Virus record (IMG/VR): IMGVR_UViG_3300010163_000006 | Location: 1 to 64,000 of that record | From: a virus | Lineage: Duplodnaviria; Caudoviricetes | Strand: one strand, 5' to 3' | Length of the DNA stretch: 64,000 nt | Shown: positions 60,000-64,000 of the stretch, in pieces | How positions within the stretch are numbered: position 1 is the first letter of the stretch | Layout: each line of letters begins with the position of its first letter | Notes under the pieces: generated by a model | The model's database searches: none | Seen by the model: only the letters and a program-made list of their open reading frames with translations | Told to the model about the DNA's origin: nothing | Position numbers and translations under genes: made by a program

Positions 60000-62900
60000 T
60001 TGAATGATAAAACACCTATGGAGTTTTCTCCATTTGTTGGTCCCGACTCTCTCAGGGAAACAACAAGGCTATTGAAAAACCTCTATGATCTCCACACAAA
60101 ACGTTATTGTGGATATGAAGATATAAACGGTTCCCAGTATGTGGGAACCGTTGAAAACTTCGGTTCAGAACAACTGATCGAATCTCGAAAGATTCTTATG
60201 GATAAACCATCTTTGAAAAATATATTTATCGAGAACACCTTCGATTTTTATTTCGATATACAGTATTCTGGTTCTGTTAATACGTACGATCAACAGAACA
60301 TGTTGTCGGCTGTATTGAAAAAGGATGTTTTATTATCCAATGAAACATATCGTATCAGATTCGATAATGTCGAGATATCAAATGTTCCAAGGTCTAAAAG
60401 TTCAAGTGATCCTAATGTCATAAAGGACTACTTCCTCCACACAGAAACGTCGCCCCATTTGGTTATTGAATCAACTGATGGATCGATAGAAGAAAAAGAA
60501 CTCAGGCTTTCTGATAAGGACGGTATTAACGGAGATTACTATTTCCACATCGATCATGAGACGATTGACATGTTTGATGAATCTGAATTGGATGATATAA
60601 TAAACACAAAAACATTCATAACGAAACCTATTACGGATAATATGTACGGAAGAGAATTGGTATGGATTTGTGTTAATGTATTCAAACTGTTACCGAACAT
60701 CGGCTTTGTCAATAATGAATTGAATGGAGTTAAGTTATTTACACTCGGTATGAATGGTCACGATAATATCCTCATGTACCCCCTGATCAACCATAACTGG
60801 GAATCGTTAGATAATCATTACCTTATTAAAGTCATACCAATTGACAGTGATGCTTTTATCGAAACGGGATCCGAGATTAACTTCAATACCAAAGTTGGTG
60901 AGATCCAGATTCTCCACTTTGGAGATAATAAAAATGTTGATCCTCGATGTGAACCCGATTCAATTATAAAAATAACATACGATCAAAAATATTCAAAAAT
61001 CACATTATTCAATTTTGATCAAACTAAAAATCCTGGGTTCTCAACAAATATCCCCTATCGCGGAAAATGGTATTTTAGAAAACCAGTTCAAGGTGATTAT
61101 GATTACGACGGGAAAACATATCACAACAGATGTTATGCATATACTTCACTGAGCAGTTTCTCTATTAATACATCCGATAATCCGATTCTTATTGCTGCTA
61201 TGTCCGTAAAATTCGATGATGCTTTTTTACATGAATACGAAGGTTTGAATGAGAACGCTTGTTCTGGTATTCATATCGATGTAACATCAGATCATTCAGA
61301 TAATGGTGTCTCTAAAAAGAATGGTGTTATCTATTCAATGGGAGAATTCGACGGTTTACCGAAATATTTCAAATACATGATAGACGATACTATCCACAGA
61401 GCTCATGTGGAAGCATATGCAATAAGAGACAAAATTAATGATGTTAACCAGTTACCAAATGAGAAACAAACTGCTGGTATCATTATAGATTCTGCCATTC
61501 CCCAAAATGAAGTTCAAAAAGTAACAGAGAACATGGTTCCGGTAATCTGTTTCGATATGAACAATTTTACTGGTATACATTACAAATACTATCCAGAGAA
61601 AGATGAGGGATTATCGAAATCCAATTACCTTTCAGAAATCTGTTATATTGATGACAATCATATGGGTAACTCAAACATCGTCGAACAAAGCATGTATCCG
61701 AAATTCGTTTATCATGGCAACCGTCATTTCTCACTTGGACTTATGGGTTTTGACCCAGAACTTGAAGTAGGTCGAGTTTATATTATCTCTAATGATAAAG
61801 CTGTTTATGAGAACAATGAAACCACAGACACAACTAAAGCCCCAATAACATTTGCAAGAATATGTGATATACCCACCGACTTTTCTCAATTGGTTAATAA
61901 TAGAGAAACATCACCTACATTGGTAATTGATCCAGAATACGTACGTATGATTGCATCATTTGATACCGATGATAAAGATGCCATGTATAATAGATCATTC
62001 CAGGATAAACTCATTCGGTTTAATGGAATGATAGTATTACATTCTAACAATGGAATGGATGTTGCAATGGTCAACGAAATGAATGAACAATATCCTCAGT
62101 ATATCAGGTTGAATGAAATGATTGATATATCTGATACGGATCATGTTAAATTCGAATTACATTCGAGCGGCGAAGGATATGAACTTGGTGATGAGTTCCT
62201 TTTCTACATCGGTGGTTTATGCATCAAGGGCGTTGTTAATTCCATTGATACTGGGACCGTAAATGGTATAGTATATAAAAATTATGATAATGAAGGTAAT
62301 GTCATCAATACAGAATATCCCATCCTGCAGCATACATTAATTGCAAGGTCTAACTTTGAAAATCGTGTCACCACATATGAAACAAAGACTGTTTCCGGTA
62401 ATGGATTTGGATTAACTGTAATGATTACCATTTCTCCGTCAATATGGGACAATACTGGAATGACAACCAATGGACATCTTGAGGATTGTTTTTATTTTGC
62501 CAAGGATGTCTATGATAACATATGGGCATACACTTATGATGAAACTGCGTCAGAGTTTAATCCTACTGCTCAAATCACCGGATGTGAAATGTTTCCCAAT
62601 GTATATGATCCATCTAACACGCTTGAAGAACGAACGCTTTTAAATACTTTCATGTATAATATGTTAACTCCTATAGACACCGATGTTAGTTCCACACCAG
62701 ACATATCATGCATATTGAGTAATATCCGTAAAGATGAAGAAGATATTATGAGCGATTATGATTTCTCATATAAATTAAATTTAGGAAACTTCAATAACCA
62801 AGATAGCTTGTTCATACTTGATACCGGGTATGAAACTTCCAATTTTCATAATATCATAAGAATTGAATATGGTGGACGTCCTAATGCATCCCATAATCAG

Positions 62901-63764
62901 ATGAAACATCCCGCATATAGTGACTTATCATATTATTCTTATTATAACAAAACGAACAGACTTCTTCATGCATTTGATGATACGCAACCTATGTTATTTA
63001 TATTCGATCCAACATCACCGATCGCCTATTATAATGAAGAGGTAATATGTAAGGATATGGTAGATATTGGAATATATGAACCGCTGTTAATATCTGCTAT
63101 GATGCCAACACTCACTGATATTGTTGATGCATCAGGAACACTCAAGAGAAATATATACATCTCAGATGAGTTCAATACTTCTGACCATGACAAGATGATC
63201 GAAGAGTTAAACGTTTACACACGAGATGGTCTTATCAATTACCTGAAAGAGAACTTCAATGATGCATATCCCTTGCGCTTCGAAAATACAGATTATGCAT
63301 TCTCCAAGGAAATGTTAATCAATTATATAATGAAGAATACATTACGTTGGGGAAGAGCTGCAGGATATACGGATGGTCCTGAATCATTATATCGTCTACC
63401 TGAGATACGTTTATTCAGGAAAAAAGGTGAACAGGTTCAGGATAAGGCAGGACGTCCTATAGGGGATCAGCCCAAGGGTATGTTCAAGTGTATATCAAAT
63501 GAAAAATTTGATAAGAATGTTAATGTTGATAAAGCTTCGCATGAAGCAAGTCCATTATTCATATTCAGATTAGACGTTGATGAAGAGAATATTTCTCTTG
63601 AAGGATTCAGGTTGTATGATGAGATGAATAAAGATATATCTGAAATGTCATTGTTAATAGTTAATGACAAGAAATATGTTTTTCATAATAACAAAGGAGA
63701 AGGAACATTCGGTTGGATATGTTTGAATAAGACTGATAACGAAACGGAGGAGAATAAGGAATGA
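60000..63764 (+). CDS. Large acidic protein, probably virion/tail structural
   Basis: GAGGTG RBS, TTG start; contains a GEGYELGD...GNGFGLTV module like the one in the sheath insertion. Confidence 0.5.
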   Translation: MNDKTPMEFSPFVGPDSLRETTRLLKNLYDLHTKRYCGYEDINGSQYVGTVENFGSEQLIESRKILMDKPSLKNIFIENTFDFYFDIQYSGSVNTYDQQNMLSAVLKKDVLLSNETYRIRFDNVEISNVPRSKSSSDPNVIKDYFLHTETSPHLVIESTDGSIEEKELRLSDKDGINGDYYFHIDHETIDMFDESELDDIINTKTFITKPITDNMYGRELVWICVNVFKLLPNIGFVNNELNGVKLFTLGMNGHDNILMYPLINHNWESLDNHYLIKVIPIDSDAFIETGSEINFNTKVGEIQILHFGDNKNVDPRCEPDSIIKITYDQKYSKITLFNFDQTKNPGFSTNIPYRGKWYFRKPVQGDYDYDGKTYHNRCYAYTSLSSFSINTSDNPILIAAMSVKFDDAFLHEYEGLNENACSGIHIDVTSDHSDNGVSKKNGVIYSMGEFDGLPKYFKYMIDDTIHRAHVEAYAIRDKINDVNQLPNEKQTAGIIIDSAIPQNEVQKVTENMVPVICFDMNNFTGIHYKYYPEKDEGLSKSNYLSEICYIDDNHMGNSNIVEQSMYPKFVYHGNRHFSLGLMGFDPELEVGRVYIISNDKAVYENNETTDTTKAPITFARICDIPTDFSQLVNNRETSPTLVIDPEYVRMIASFDTDDKDAMYNRSFQDKLIRFNGMIVLHSNNGMDVAMVNEMNEQYPQYIRLNEMIDISDTDHVKFELHSSGEGYELGDEFLFYIGGLCIKGVVNSIDTGTVNGIVYKNYDNEGNVINTEYPILQHTLIARSNFENRVTTYETKTVSGNGFGLTVMITISPSIWDNTGMTTNGHLEDCFYFAKDVYDNIWAYTYDETASEFNPTAQITGCEMFPNVYDPSNTLEERTLLNTFMYNMLTPIDTDVSSTPDISCILSNIRKDEEDIMSDYDFSYKLNLGNFNNQDSLFILDTGYETSNFHNIIRIEYGGRPNASHNQMKHPAYSDLSYYSYYNKTNRLLHAFDDTQPMLFIFDPTSPIAYYNEEVICKDMVDIGIYEPLLISAMMPTLTDIVDASGTLKRNIYISDEFNTSDHDKMIEELNVYTRDGLINYLKENFNDAYPLRFENTDYAFSKEMLINYIMKNTLRWGRAAGYTDGPESLYRLPEIRLFRKKGEQVQDKAGRPIGDQPKGMFKCISNEKFDKNVNVDKASHEASPLFIFRLDVDEENISLEGFRLYDEMNKDISEMSLLIVNDKKYVFHNNKGEGTFGWICLNKTDNETEENKE

Positions 63765-64000
63765 TTCCAAAGAAATTATTCTGGATGTTGGGATATAACA
63801 ATTTATCCGTCATTCTTGAACAGGAACGTCGGCATTGGTTAATGAAAACTGATGCCAATAAGCAAGTACAAAACACATTGACGGGTGATATTTTCCAAGG
63901 ACAGATTGAGAATATCGGTTCGGATGTAATACTTGAATCCAAGAAGCTTCCATATAAATACGACTTTGTATCTGAAATTGTTTTTAAATTGTCCAGTGCA
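63761..64000 (+). CDS. Hypothetical protein, 5' part (runs off the window)
   Basis: ATG overlaps the upstream TGA (ATGA); open to the window end (MIPKKLFWMLG...). Confidence 0.55.
   Translation, partial: MIPKKLFWMLGYNNLSVILEQERRHWLMKTDANKQVQNTLTGDIFQGQIENIGSDVILESKKLPYKYDFVSEIVFKLSSA

Noticed and set aside
1-64000. Stop-codon reassignment (TAG or TGA), as in some gut jumbo phages
   Set aside because: Core genes are full length under code 11, and TAA, TAG and TGA all occur at sensible gene ends
1-64000. CRISPR arrays, tRNA or rRNA genes
   Set aside because: No regularly spaced direct repeats or cloverleaf/T-loop signatures seen by eye; tRNAscan-SE would be needed to exclude tRNAs fully

Overview
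Core-gene region of an AT-rich jumbo myophage of the phiKZ/AR9-PBS1 type. Strong AGGAG(G) ribosome-binding sites suggest a Firmicutes host (inference). All gene calls come from motifs read by eye; no database search was run. Transcription and replication genes: three split multisubunit RNA polymerase subunits (beta'-N with DYDGD, beta-C, beta-N), a DnaB-like helicase, an SF2 helicase, SbcC/Rad50 and a minimal PolB-like palm. Virion genes: terminase, portal, tail sheath/tube and baseplate-type proteins. Others: a PhuZ/FtsZ-family tubulin, a GroEL-like chaperonin and a protein-kinase-like enzyme. Mobile elements: two group I introns whose splice junctions can be placed exactly (helicase, with HNH ORF; RNAP beta-N, ORF-less), a Glu-initiated class 3 intein with both LAGLIDADG catalytic Asp replaced by Asn, and a free-standing double HNH gene. 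The best candidate for an undescribed system is two early minus-strand operons. They combine three prion-like N/Q/P/Y-rich proteins sharing an SRR[N/F] motif with a kinase, two apparent pseudo-enzymes and a chaperonin. Also notable are a duplicated promoter/stem-loop/pseudoknot leader cassette and a likely -1 frameshift in a tail/baseplate chaperone pair.
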